A stretch of DNA of 64,000 bases from Mytilus trossulus (Eukaryota): assembly GCF_036588685.1 (NCBI RefSeq), contig NC_086381.1, positions 81,034,001 through 81,098,000 of the forward strand. The letters run 5' to 3'. The number at the start of each line of letters is the position of its first letter. The first letter of the stretch is position 1. Position numbers and translations under genes: made by a program. A model generated the notes under the pieces. That model was given only the letters and a program-made list of their open reading frames with translations, was not told the origin of the DNA and did no database searches. Positions 37,421-51,185 of the stretch are shown here, one piece after another.

Positions 37421-39099
37421 ATATAAAAGATATACATGATAAAACTGAAGTATTAACTAATTACAGAAAACAAAACCCGGATACATTACATTCACATAGC
37501 AACACCCGATTTAATCAAGGCCTCAACGCAAAAAGTGAGAAAATGTGACGTCCCATATGAAGACAACAGATACAAACTAGTGACGCAGTTTTGCATCGTG
37601 TATTCAGTCAACTGATACATGGCGGGTAAGGCTGTCATGTCCAGGTATAATACTTGATATATATTGCAACAGATGATATTTCACAATTGTTCTTCTGTTT
37701 AATCAAGGTTTTGTATAGTAGGAATGTACATATCCTTAGAAGAATTAGGATACCATCATATATGGCTATTTATAAAAACCTCATTTTGGTGCAATAATTC
37801 ACCATATTAACATTGAATATTATGCATGTAGAATAAGGTATGTCTACAGTACGATTCCTTTTAACCATTTAGCAATTATTAATAAGATTAAGGAATCAAT
37901 GGTTGTAATTATTTAAAAATTGCTTATATATACATACCCACATGTGTATTGTTAATACTTTAGATTTTATAGCTATATGTGTATTTGCAAAAATATTTAT
38001 ATACCAATTTTTTTAATTATTTTACATGCCCAAATTTTAGTATTTTGTTTATATAAAGAGAAATAAAGATTACGCAATATCGTGTATAATTGAAATGATT
38101 TGTAAAACTCAGAATTGTCAAGCAAATTAAGACACAACTTATAATGTTCAGAATATCTCAAGCCATACTAAGAAAACAATAAGAAAAAAAAAGAGACTCA
38201 AGAATCTGTCGAGAAATTTCAAGACAGTATTCAAATGTCAAGAATTTGTGACAACATATTCATACCATACCTAGCATGTCAAGCATTTTTCTAGTAAGTT
38301 GCATACAAATTTAATATAAATGAGAATTTGTCAAGAAAAATTGAGACACAAGTCATAATTTTGGAGAATGTCGAGTAAACATTCATGCAAATCAAGACAA
38401 AAATTTGTCTTTTCAGTTTTTGGAGTTTTATAGTGAACCCAACTTGTACCAAAGTTAGATACACCCCTTGTCAAATGAAAATTCAAAAACTCAAACACAA
38501 AAAAACAAATAGATAACAAATGGCTTATTCCTGACTTGTTGCATTACAATATGGGTCACAGTTAACTCTATTCTTCTGATGCTTCTTATTTCCCCTCTTT
38601 TCACATGTTTCACGTAATATCTCACGTATGTGTCATTCTAAGTTTGTTATATAAGACGTACATCAAATATCGTACTTTAACTGAATATATTGGGGAAACA
38701 AATAATTGAATATGCCTTTATATATCCAATAATATCATACGTCTATACTTATACTGTTAGACCATATCCTTTTTTGTCTACTTATACATGGTGCTTAGTT
38801 TGCCATAGAAAACGTTCACCTAAATACCAACCTGCATACAACAGTCGCCATTAGTACTGCATATTGGTCTTAAAGAGCAAGTTGTGGCATGTTGTACGAA
38901 ACAGACAAATCAATCATATCTAATGAATAACCCAGTTGAATCCCTAGAGTGTAGTTTCAATATATACAAACTGAGCATACGACTATACGATTTAATATTC
39001 AATGTGGAGTTTAAAGTTCAGTACATGAATACTTATATGTTACAAGAAGTATACAATGATGTGATACATATGTGTACATCGATTTCTTTAGTGCAATAA

Positions 39100-39485
39100 C
39101 TATGACGTCAGACATGCCAATCAATGAATGTGTTTGTAGATAGATGTTTTTGTGTTCTGTTAAATTGTCATTTTTTAAATTTTTACACGATGATGACTGC
39201 TGTACCCATATTTTAACTATTTCATTTATTGTGTCTGTTTAGATAACGCATCACTGTAAATACAACGGAATTTGATGAGACTGTCATCGAAGTGAGAGGG
39301 TTAGCGCTATTAAACCAGGTTTAATCCACTATTTTCTACATTTGAAAATGCATGTACCAAGTCAGGAATATGACAGTTCGTGTCCATTCGTTTTTGATGT
39401 GTTTTGTTATTTGATTTTGCCATGTGATTATGGACTTTCCGAATTGATTTTCCTCTTAGTTCAGTATTTTTGTGACTTTACTTTT
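39100..39485 (+). repeat. Repeat family B with twister-like motif (39279-39378)
   Basis: P5 ACUGUCAU/AUGACAGU; palindrome TAGCGCTA; loop UACCAAGU. Confidence 0.75.
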
Positions 39486-42400
39486 TTCTCACACCGTTGA
39501 TCAATTGATCTGACTGTACATTGTTCGTCTTTTATTAACTAAGCATGTAAATTGACTTCAAACACGACATGATATTTAATCTTTAAGAATGAAACCTATT
39601 CATAACCAACATTATTATTTTACACTAACGGAATCGTAACTTTGATCTTCAATTGGTATCAATAAATTATGTATGTCATGTGTCAGTGGCATATTGCAAC
39701 ATTCAATTAACCAGGGTTTTTTTTTTATTTATTTTCCCTATTGTTCTATCCTGAGCAAACCCACATACAATATGTAATCCTTGTTAAACCTCATATACTA
39801 AGACCTATATCTGCACATTCAAATTTCATTGCGTGCATTTATTTATGAATTTTAATCAAAATGGAAGATTTATTATTCAAGTTTAGTTTTGATCTTGATG
39901 TTTCATTACTTGGTTATGCTACAAGTTATAATAAATGTACTTGATAATATTATAAATTAGACATCTTATAAATACAATTTAAAAATTCGAAGTCACCTTT
40001 ACTTACTTTGGAAAATGAATATATTATCAACTTTGAAAAAAAGGCACACAAACGTTTCGTCTAAAAAAAATCGACAAGGACGCTCAACTATTAAAATAAT
40101 TAGATAAAATAAGAACAAACATGAAAGCATTGAGGACAAAACCTTCGAAAACAGATTTATTAAGTTTGCTGATTAAATATAGCTAGCAAGACATAACCAA
40201 ATCATAAAAACATCGACGCATTACCATTTTTTAACATGACATCTTATACAAATGTTCACGTAGACATTACTAACTACAGACGAATATCGACGGATCTTGA
40301 CGACAGAAATAAAAAAAATGAATATCATATCCACTTGTAAATAAATTTCGATCTGAAACAGTCATGTAGGCTTGATAGCTCTTCTAATACACATAATAAG
40401 TAAATGATTTTGCAATAATAATTATTCTTTAAGTCAATCTTTGTACAAATTTACCATGTTCGATACAGTTAAATTGTCCTCGCAGTTCAGTATTTTTGTG
40501 ATTTTACTTTTAAGTACTGTTCAGACGCCGCTTAGCTTGATGAATACTTATTAGGATATATTTAGACTTTGTTCACATTGTTCAGTACTCGATGTTAACT
40601 TGTACAGATCAGCTACATATTTATTTATCTGAAATTCTAATAGTCAGAAGTTTATTGACCACACGCGAATGTTCTAGACATGACTAAAGGTACAGCCCCA
40701 AGATGTCTGTAATGACTTAAAATGACTGAAGTCGGTCATTGTAATACGACTTAGCAATGTATTGTTCTAACTTTTCAGATGATTTGAAGATAAAGTTGAG
40801 ACTAACATTTAGATTTTATTGATCAAATGACCACTATATATATATGCTTGTGTTAGAATGTAGAAACTTCTTTGGTAAGCCTGATCACCAATGTGATTAA
40901 GGGACGATGGCTTTTATAAACTTGCATTATTTGAATCTAAAATATTAAGTTTGTAAAATTATGCATAATGACGACATGCAATGTTTTCGCCAGCAGCAAT
41001 AACAAAAAACATTTTATATATTCGTTTCAAAAGTATAGCTACTTTTCAAAGTTTACCAAATTGATTTCGGTTGGATAATATTTCTATGTGTAGATAGATA
41101 AATACCTAGGATGCAACGTTAGCCACATACAAATACCCAGGATGCAACAATACCTGACGATAAATTCAGTGACAGAAATTAACATCAAATCATCCGTATC
41201 ATCTTCGTTGTATTCAGAAAAAATTGAAATAATTAAGTAAATAAATTTAAATAGCGCCCTCAAATACATACACTACATGTTCGTCAACATTAACTTACAA
41301 AAGCACGTATTGTAAATGCATGTAATATTATGAGTTCAATATCAGGTGAATAATAGATTAATCTAAAATGAAATTGCAAATGCAGTACAGTAAATAACAA
41401 ACTTACATAATGTCAGTAGTATGCAGTGTAGTAACACACTCAGATTAAACAACATTTTGACTCCCATTTTCTTCAATGCCAGAACCGAGTTTAACGTTTA
41501 TCAATTGATGGGAACGTAATTTTTCGGCTTTTATATGAAATAAATAATGTCATTACAAACTTGACATTTTAATAAATTTGTAAGCAATAAAAGTGCCTGT
41601 TACCAAAATAGTCTGAATACCTGCACTAGAAAAATCTTTACTTTGATTTCTAATTGGCATATAAAATTTATTTGTGCATTTGTAAGTGGTATTTACAACC
41701 TGCTTTCAACAAGTTGATTGTAAATAGAAATTTTGCTATGATATTAATAATGACCTTGTTGTGCTTTAAATCATACAGTTATCAGCTTTAACATGGATAT
41801 TTTAAATTTTTCAAGCAAATAAATATGGCACATGTAATACAAGATGGAAGAGGTGTCCGGTTATTTTTCATTCCCACAGTTTATACCTTTTTTTATTTGT
41901 CATCCGGATGTTTGTTTTTTTTTTTTAATATTTTGCTTCTTATTAACTTATCTGTAAATCATGTCCAAAATAGTAAATTTTATTCAAAGGAAAGACCTGT
42001 CTTCTTAACATCCATGTTTTTTTCTTGGAAAGCATAACAGGAACATTTCGGGTAGGATAAATACTAGAAGTAAAGTATGTATCGCAAAAAACATCCGGAA
42101 AAAGCAAAACAGCACAACGGCTTTCAAAGACAGACTCCAAACGATTTTCATTATATTCATCAAATCCTACCTAATTATGTCATACTTATTGTCGGTTACT
42201 ATATGCAACTAGACGAGATCGAAGTTACGATAAGGACATTCATAACTCAGGTCGTGTCCAAACTGACGACGTCTTGAAAAAAAAACGGAAAATCGATGCC
42301 ATCACTGAAAAGTTCGTAAAATGCTCTATAAAAAACAAAAGACTGAGTTAAACGAGTCCAAACCCGAACCACAAGTTTCAGGAAGCTTACACAGTTTTTG

Positions 42401-42854
42401 TTAATATCTATGGAGCCCGTCGTTTAAATCACCAAAATAGCAACCTGGAGGTTATTCTTATTTTATGAAAAAAGGTTGTGATTGTAGTTACAACCATTAA
42501 AGTATATTCACGATAATCTAGGATACTGATATTACATCAAGGTCAACCTTCTAAGAGACATCAGTTTTGGGGTGGCGTTGTATCCAACTTATTTAGCAAC
42601 AGTTATAGTAACAGGGTGAATACCTAGGATTTAAACATTCCATACTTATATGCATAATTTTCCGTTTATGCTTTGCTGATTATTTTCAAGTCCTTGTTTG
42701 TAATCAAACTGTATACGTTTATAAATAAAATTTCCTTATGTACAAATATTCATTGAAAATTACTTCCTTTGCCATAATATTATTTATACCAATATAATAT
42801 TGGTCATTAATCATGATATAATATGGAACGCCATGACTGTGTTCTGATGTTGAT

Positions 42855-43290
42855 TGTTTAATATGTTCGGTGCTTTATGCATTATGTTCAGAAGTATATA
42901 TATATTTATTATGTTCAGTAGTATTTATATTATGTTCAGTAGTTTTCATATTATGTTCAGTAGTTTTGACATCATGTTCAGTAGTTTTGACATTATGTTC
43001 GGTGCTTTCGTTATTATGTTCAGTAGTTTCATTATTATATGCAGTGTTATTTCAATTATGTTCGGTACTTCTGACGTTATATTCAGTGCATTTTTCATTA
43101 TGTTCAGTACTTTCGACATTATGTTCAGTAGATTCAATATAATTTGCAGTACATTATGTATTATCTTCAGTGGTCCCGGTTTCCTTATATTTGGTGGATT
43201 ATTCATTATGTTCAGTAAAAGCATTATTCATTATGTTCAGTAAAAGCATCGGTATTATACTCGGTTCAATGAACTATATGTTCAGTGGTT
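42855..43290. repeat. Minisatellite of about 21 bp (ATTATGTTCAGTAGTTTTGAC-like)
   Basis: Repeated attatgttcagta units; explains three overlapping repetitive ORFs. Confidence 0.85.
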
Positions 43291-44397
43291 GTATCATTAT
43301 GATGATGCGGTAAAAGTCAAAAAATCAATAACAGAATTTGTTGAGAGAAAAAAACGAAAATGGAAGCAGTATTAAACAAATTTGCAATTTTCACAAGGAA
43401 AACATAACTTCTGACTTAATTTTTTAGATGACAAGATTGATTGATTGTTGTTTTTATAAACGTACATTTGCAAATGTTTCAGGCATATTTATGGTGGAGA
43501 GAAGAATTTTCAAACAAAAAATAAGCAATAGCATGCGTTGTCTTTGATACACCATTATCATAGAGAGACGACAAAAAGACAAACAGCAAAATTCAAAATA
43601 TAATAATATTTTCTATAGCGTTTATATTCTTAGCAGACAACCTTTTTTGTTGATTGGTTGAACATATAGCAACAACACCTTTTACAAATATTCTTTTTGA
43701 AGACAAAAAACAGTTAAATATATTTAACAAAACTATCCGTCACAATAATAACTGAGGGCTTGGACTGTTGTTTACGGAAAGGAGGGTCTTTATTTCTTTG
43801 TTCTGTTATTCTTTGGCCATTCTTATCTATTCAATAAAAAATGTGCTTATTCTTTAAATCATGTGTCCCATGTAATCTCGAATCTGATAGAATAAAAATT
43901 GATTACCAGAATTAAATTTTATCATTGATAGGCCAACTGTCCACCAAAATATTTTAAAAAATGCCTATCAATCAATCTTTTGTTTTAGAGAATATATCTC
44001 TAACATTTATAAGTAGTTAATAAACTTGTTTTACGAACTAAAAAAAAATCAAAAACAATGTCATCCGTCCTCGAGCATTCGTCTTCCAGACCTTAGCAAT
44101 AAATTGTTTTTAAAAATTGTAATTGATAGTGGATCTTACAAGTATGAAAGTGAAGACAAATGAATCATGCCGGCCAAAGAGACGGTTTCTGCAATTCCCT
44201 TCAAGCGTCCATAAATTTTGAAATTATAAAGAAACTAAGGTTTCAGCTAGATCAGGCAAAGTTGACCTTCGACTGATTTGGTTATTTTTTAATGTCGTTT
44301 TTGGTCAGACAGCTCTTTAACTGTTTCTGTTCGTTTGTATCCTTGGTTCCGAATATTAGACTTTAAGTGTAAGTGATCAATCGAAAATCCTAATAAA

Positions 44398-44660
44398 GGT
44401 TCCTGGTTCGATTGCAGTTCCGGGATGAAATTTCATTGACACCATTTGCGAGCTTGGTTTTGAAGAAACGATGATAGTCCGTAGGAAGGGGGATGATAAA
44501 CGGCTGACTCGTGTTAAGTAAGAATCATACACCCTTGTAGATTTAAAAAAAAGAGCAGGATAATACCGCTACACAGCACTCGGTTGCGATTTCTATAAGT
44601 ATATTTCTAAAAACTTGTTTCCCAATCCAATATAAATAGATATGTTCAAATTAAACTAAT
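44398..44660 (+). mobile_element. Degenerate tRNA-derived Meta-domain SINE
   Basis: B-box-like GGTTCGATTGC; gtccgtaggaagggggatgataaacggctgactcgtgtt; A-rich aaattaaactaa tail. Confidence 0.55.
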
Positions 44661-46189
44661 TTAGAATAGCTCTTTGATTGTATGAAATTGATGACTAGTT
44701 GAAAAGTTGTTGTTTTCTGGGTTTTTTTCTGCTTTTGCAGAGTTTTGTTTTGTCAATGGTTATTTTGGTCTGAATTCTATCACTAACTGTTTAATCATTG
44801 CTGTTATAATTTCTGATACAATGCAGGAGAAGAATGTTAGGATAACTTTGTCTATAATAGTAGACAAAATGGTACGTCAAGATTTGTCAACTCATGCAAG
44901 ATCGTGATTTTGGAGGAAAATACAGATGCTTACGAATGAAAATAATTTGCATGGCTAACATCAATGAACCAGTTCTGATTAGGACCAGTTCAACATTTCA
45001 TCCCAAATGATATACTTATATTGATAATAATTTGGTATGCAGAAAACGCAGAGATCAGTTATTTGGTTGATCTTTTAATTCTGTTGTTTTTTACTTTTTG
45101 CATTTTTCCCCATTTTTAGCAATCCTTTATTCTGTATTCTTTTTTTTTCCCCGTTTTTCTTTAATTTCATTTTTTTTTTGGGGGGGGGGGGCTGGTCATT
45201 GCTCTCTATTCTTTAAACGTCATCAACAATTTTATATATCTTTGGGTCATTTCAAAAAATTATCTAAAACTCAAACGCTTATTAGCGGGATAGGATGCGT
45301 AATACCTATATAGTATCTACAAGGATTTTGTTGTGGTCTCTTTAAAGAGTCAGTGCATGAGATTAATATGCTACAACCAATCAAAAGGGTTGCCTACTAA
45401 GAATATTAAAGCTATGGAATTTGTTTTTACATTTTGTATTTTGCTCTATAGTCTTTTTGTAATCTCTCTACTTTAATGGTGTTTCAACGACAGCGCACGC
45501 CCCTGCTTATTTCTTCGCAGTGGCAGATCCAGAAATTCTCCTAAGTGTGGGCCAACTGACTGCCAAGAGGGGGGTCGCTCCGTTCATGCTTCAGTGATTC
45601 CCTTTATAATCAACAAAAAAAATTATCAGAAATTGGGGCGGGCAGCCCCCCCCCCCCCCCCCCCAGCAATTCCTTTGTCACGGAAATTATCAGCGTGGGC
45701 GCGTAAACCAAACCAATAGAATACTGCTTCCCTTTCTGCTATTTTGATTCCATCACGTATAAAAGGTGTCCATAAAGAAAAGGTCATTCAATCATACACG
45801 CGTTTGTTGTTTTTTTTTTTCTCAACAAATTCCGTTATTGATTTCCCGACTTTTACTGCATCATCATAATGATACAACCACTGAACATATAGTTCTTTGA
45901 ACCGAGTATAATACCGATGCTTTTACTGAACATAATGAATAATCCACCGAATTTTTAGTACATAAGTACAAAGTTTCCTATCATAATAATCACAAAGTAG
46001 TATACCACCATGTGTTATGCCGATCAGTTCAATACATCAATACTAAAATACAAAATGTTATAAGAGCAATATTCTTTGTGTGATAGAAAACAGGAATACA
46101 AATCGATTTGTTGTAAATATTGTGTTTGTCATGACATAAATTAACTTAGGTTGTATAGCTGAATTGTATTGTTATGGGCTATAAGGAGA

Positions 46190-47118
46190 AATGTTTGTCT
46201 TTAAACCTTTTTTAAAACAAAAAAGCGATTGTTCTTTCCTTTAATGAATTGGTAGGTCATTCCACAATGTAGCTCCAGCTCGGTCAAATCGTCTTACACC
46301 GTACATTTTAGTGCGGACATCTCTTGGTTTCGTTATGAGTCCTTTATTTTCTGACCGAAGTGTTCTATAAGGAGCGTATGGTACAATCAATTCTTTCAAA
46401 TATTTAGGTGCTTAATCGTGTAATGCCTTAAAAACGTAAAGTAAAAGTTTAAAATGTGATCGGTACTGCACGGGGAGCCATTTCAGCTGCATAAGAACAG
46501 ATGTAATTGATTCAGCTTCCTTTCTTCTGATAAGTCTAGCTGCTATGTTTTGAACGCGTTGACCCCAAGGGTGACTGGGGTATAGAAATATGGTCACTTG
46601 GTCTTCTCCCGACCGGCAGTAAAACGCTTGCCGAAGTTGGGCGTCCGTTTGGCTGTTCGGGATGTATCAAGTTCGCAGTCACGTCCGGTCAGAAGGGGGA
46701 CGTTAAATCCGATGCCTCGTGAAAAGAGAGTGCCACGCTCTTTGCACGTTAAGAACCCTTGCAACAACTCTTTGAGGGGTCCGTAGGTGGCCTGTTGCAA
46801 GGCAAAATTTCTGTCCCTATCCAATATACACTCCTTTTCCGGTGGCAGTCCAAATTTCTCCGACCATCATCCCAGATGGCCTCTATTGCATCAACCTACC
46901 TATTGTATTTATTGTGAACTTGTTCTCGTCCTGAATATGCATGAAATATTTGCCACTGGACGTTAAGCAACCAACAATCAATCAATCAATCAATTGAACG
47001 CGTTGTAGTCTTGCATACTGGAAGAGTTTACATTATATAACAAAGCGTTCCCATAGTCTAATCTGGAGGTGACAAGAGAGCAGACTAGTGTCTTACACGC
47101 ATTTTCAGTGATATATCT
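46190..47118 (-). mobile_element. L2/CR1-group LINE ORF2 3' fragment split by a SINE
   Basis: CKTLVCSLVTSRLDYGNALL..RLQRVQNIAARL..LKWLPVQYRSHFKLLLYVFKALHD*APKYL..YAPYRTLRS..LWNDLP..FKKGLKT. Confidence 0.85.
46562..46993 (+). mobile_element. Young Meta-domain SINE (BivaMD/BivaMeta-like) with (CAAT)n tail
   Basis: 12-bp TSD TTGAACGCGTTG (46550-61 and 46994-47005); Meta-like GGGGACGTTAAATCCG..GCACGTTAAGAACCC. Confidence 0.8.
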
Positions 47119-47304
47119 AAATGAACACAAAAACGACACATTATTCAACGTTTGTTACATTCAAACTTGTTTTTTTTTAAATTCAAAGAACTATTACTTA
47201 AATTTAAGGGACCTGTCAGTGATTACAAATCACAGGTAATTTTGAGATTTTAAATATGAGTAGAAAAGAAGCAAAATATGAAAAATTATATAGTTTTTAA
47301 CATA

Positions 47305-47510
47305 TAAAATTGAGAATGGAAATGGGAATGTGTCAAAGAGACCATAACCCGACCATAGACCATAGAACAGACAACAGCAAAAGGTAACGCACAGGTCTTC
47401 AATGCAGCGAGAAATTCCATCACCCGGAGGCGTCTTCAGCTCACTTAAACAAATATGCATACTAGTTCAGTATTAATGAACGCCATACTAAACTAGTACA
47501 CAAGAAACTA
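47305..47510 (-). mobile_element. Naiad 3'-UTR terminal fragment
   Basis: Reverse complement matches about 36560-36769. Confidence 0.75.
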
Positions 47511-48269
47511 GTATACAATATATACTGACAAAACATAACTATATCATTGACCACGTGTCATCCATTTAATCGGTTTTTGGTCTAGTATTTATCACGTATG
47601 TAAGCTACAAGGTTGGACAATTCAAAGAAAACAATGCAGTCCACCAGTCGATATTCGTTCCAGTTGATGATGAATTATAGCGATAGGAGTTAACCAATTT
47701 CGGTATCACATGAATTAGCCAGAAACTGGCATAGTGTATCATTAGTTATGTCTCTCATTCTGAACGCATACGGCTTTATCATCCATACGATATTTGTGTG
47801 CATAATGCATACATCCTTAGTTTACTTGTAATTACAATTTATTTTCCTTTCATTGGGTTCGGTTACGTTATGGTACCTGCATGTTTTATTCTTATAAATT
47901 CTTAAAATTTGTCTTTTTTGTATATGAATTCAGTCAATCTCAACGTTTGGAATTGTGATTGGTATGAGCTTGTTAACAGTTTTTTTTTTTATTGGAATTA
48001 AAATAAAACACATATGAGTTACAATCTCACTTGTATGTTTCTTGCATTACCGATAAACTTATATTGTTAATATTTTGTTTAAAAGTACTAACGTTTATTG
48101 TATAACACATGTAATTGATTTAACACCTAACTTTATATTGATTAATATCTATGAAATCAAAACTATAACGAAAACACAAACCATATGTGCAGAACTCGCA
48201 GTTTATAATGCTTGGGATATTAGGTAGAGTTACGTATATATCTATATGCATTACAGTAGGAAAAAATAG

Positions 48270-48525
48270 CCAAGTCAGGAGCCCCTGGCAACTGATAGTC
48301 TTGTATGTATTTCAATATACTATAATAATATTTTTTGGAGCAAAAAAAGACGTCCATTTTCACTGAACTAGTGCACATTTGTATTCAAGGGCCAGCTGAA
48401 GCTACCTCTGGGGCCGGGATTTTTTGCGTTGCATTGAAGACCCATAGGTGGTCTGCAGCTATAATTTGCTCTGATGTCGGTTTATTTTCTTTATGACATA
48501 TTTCCATTTCCATTCCTAATGTTAT
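48270..48525 (+). mobile_element. Degenerate Naiad 3'-UTR fragment
   Basis: ccaagtcaggagcccctggc..gggccagctgaag..tttccatttccattcc matches about 36513-36765. Confidence 0.7.
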
Positions 48526-49169
48526 TTGTAGAATAAATATGTGCATCATGTTACATTTTGCAATATACGGATATTATATACAAACTAAAATACTAATACT
48601 AATTACCATTTTTTTAAATTTAGTTGAATTCATACATAAAAAGATTTTTTAATTATTTTTTATTCAATTCCGATCATTTTCAAAAGGTATCTCGCTATAT
48701 TTTAAATGCTTGTATTTCGGTACATTTGTATGATTTGACACTATTTGTCGCATTGCTTTTTAATCAGATTTATTTTATTTTATTTTTTACGGGTGTATTT
48801 TTTTTAATGGCATCGTGAATATTCTTTTTTTGGGGTTCTGCTTTTTTTTGAACGCTTTAAGTCTAGATTGTTAATTTGTGTCATTTAATTTTAAAAATGT
48901 ATTTCCTTATTGACCTTTTACATTTATTTTATGGTACGCATTTTTTTTTTTTTTTTTTTTGTATTTATTATTTCAATGTTTGAATCTTGTCAGACAGTGT
49001 ATGTTTCATGATTTTGTCTTTCATTTATTTATAACCATGCTTAAGGTATAGCGATTTAGAGTTATTTTTATTTTTATATAGGACGTTTTATAAATTTGCA
49101 ATACTATAATTATAAGTGTTGCTATTCAGGCATTTTTAACAGTTAGAATACAATTTTATAATAAGAGAG

Positions 49170-49458
49170 GTTATTTGGTCAAGAGTGGAAGTATTCTGCA
49201 GACCCTTGCTCGAGTATGGTATAGACTGAAAAATAGCTTGTGAAATTGTTAAGAATTTTTTAGGCTGGTCGAGTAACAGTTCAGACTATTTTCAATGGCA
49301 AAGATGAAGGTCAAGTAATTATCAGTACAGTCGAGTATGGTTTAGACTTTGATCGAGTAATGTCGAGTAAAATTCAAACCAATTCAGACTGGTCGAGTGA
49401 AATTCAGTACAGTTGAGTACAGATATAGGTCATTTCAGACTTTTAATGGTTTGTAGTG
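49170..49458. repeat. Degenerate GTCGAGTA/TTCAGACT repeat array ending in TGTAGTG (possible CACTA-type terminus)
   Basis: Multiple gtcgagta and ttcagac motifs; no partner end found. Confidence 0.45.
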
Positions 49459-50324
49459 TAAGCTATACACACCTTCAAGTGCTGACTCTTCCCTTTGTTT
49501 TATAGAGATTTTGCTGCTTTATTTCATATATTTCAATTATTTTCCATTTATAGTAAAACAGACTCCAAATGTTTTTACGTCTTTTTGTTCAGATAGATGG
49601 ACAAATTCGGGTCAGAAAAGACCATTTTTATGCATGTTTACATTTAAAAAATTTGTTTCGGATAAAATCGTTTTCCAAAATATTTTAACGAAAATAAACA
49701 ACCTGTCCTGTAAACTTTATCAAACGGGCTGTTTGTACCTAATCGCATGGACTTTCTCATACTGAGAAAACATTTCTTATCTGTATTTAAAGAAAAACCA
49801 ACTACAAATCAAACACGACTGCCAAATACGATAAAATTATAGTATTGATTTGGACTTTGTCGAAAACCTATTATCTAGAATGCTCTACCTCTCTTTTTGA
49901 CGTTATTACCTGTTATTTGTGTTTGTTTTGTTCACACATGGTTGTCACAAAAATGACATTTAATACGACTGTCATACAAGGCAGTGGTTTAGCAAGCTAT
50001 AAAACCACGATTAATCCACCATTTTATACATGAGAATGTGTCGATGTAAATCTTTATTAAAGCTACTATACGCCTAACATTTTTTCAACAAAATGTTCAC
50101 ATGTCTCAAATATGTTATATTACTAATTATGATTACATTGATTGTTGATACAACAAAATCTATGACATAAGACAGATTGTTCATTTTACGTTTTAGTAAC
50201 TGAGAACAGATATGCCTATATACATATCACTATTACAATTGGTAGAAATTAAATTTCAAATTTTACAACTATTATTCAATGTTTACCTTATGTATTGACG
50301 TCATCAGATTAAATGTTCACATAC

Positions 50325-50663
50325 CGAATGATTTCATTGGTATAGTACTTGAAAAATAAATGAATATGTTTTTGTAATCATAGTCCATGGCAGACACATG
50401 AGTACCTACGTGTCTACCCAGTTCAGTCACAATTTGTATTATATTATAGCCGTATTTGGCACAACTTTTTTGGAATTATGGATCCTCAATGCTCTTCAAT
50501 TTTAATCTTGTTTTGATTTATAATAGTTTAACATGAGCGTCACTGGTGAGTCTTATGTGGACGAGACGCGCGTCTTGCGTACTAAATTATAATCCTGGTA
50601 CTTTTGATAACTATTTGTGTATCAATATCAAATTTCATAATTGCCTTGTCGTGCCTTGATAAG
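50325..50663 (-). pseudogene. Disrupted paralog of YWTD exon A
   Basis: Same splice sites (tttcag|CTTATCAAGGC ... ATTCG|gtatgt); AIMKFDIDTQ..AMDYDYKNIFIYFS; 16-nt deletion, 1-nt deletion and 175-bp insertion relative to exon A. Confidence 0.85.
50438..50612 (+). mobile_element. Retrozyme insertion with core-variant hammerhead (50537-50580)
   Basis: Flanking direct repeat ATTTGT (50432-37 and 50613-18); GCGUCACUGGUGAGUCUUAUGUGGACGAGACGCGCGUCUUGCGU. Confidence 0.8.
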
Positions 50664-50789
50664 CTGAAAGAAAAATAATACGATTAGCATCCCAACTATT
50701 TTATAAAAAGAACTACAATATAGTCCATAGTATAAAATCATTACATTAGCTAAGAGTGTTACGTGATATGCAATATCTTTGTGCTATTA

Positions 50790-51185
50790 AAGTATAAAAA
50801 AAGATGTGGTATAATAGCCAATGAGACAAATCTCCACAATAGACCAAAATGACACAGAAATTAACAACTATAGGTCACCGTACGTCCTTCAAAAAATTAG
50901 CAAAGCCCATACAGCATAGTCAGCTATAAGAGGCCCATAAATGACAGTGTAAAACAGTCCAAACGAAACAAACTAACGGCCTTATTTATGTACAGAAAAT
51001 GAACGAAAAAAAATATGAAACACATAAACAAACGGTAACCACTGAATTACAGGCTCTTGACTTGGGACAGGCACATACATACATAATGTTGCGGGGTTAA
51101 ACATGTCAGCGGGATCTCAACCCGATCCCCCTTCCCTAACCTGGGACAGTGGTGTAATAGTACAACATAAGAACAAACCATAAAA
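50790..51185 (-). repeat. Repeat family C with degraded twister-like motif (51038-51153)
   Basis: Minus strand ACCACUG..CAGGUU..UUUAACCCCGC..GCCUGUCCCAAGUCAAGAGCCUG..CAGUGGU; end fragments also near 31.0, 51.45 and 59.0 kb. Confidence 0.7.

Noticed and set aside
42854-43243. Three overlapping hydrophobic or Cys-rich repetitive ORFs; possible CRISPR-like array
   Set aside because: Products of a 21-bp tandem minisatellite; no unique spacers, no cas genes, eukaryotic context
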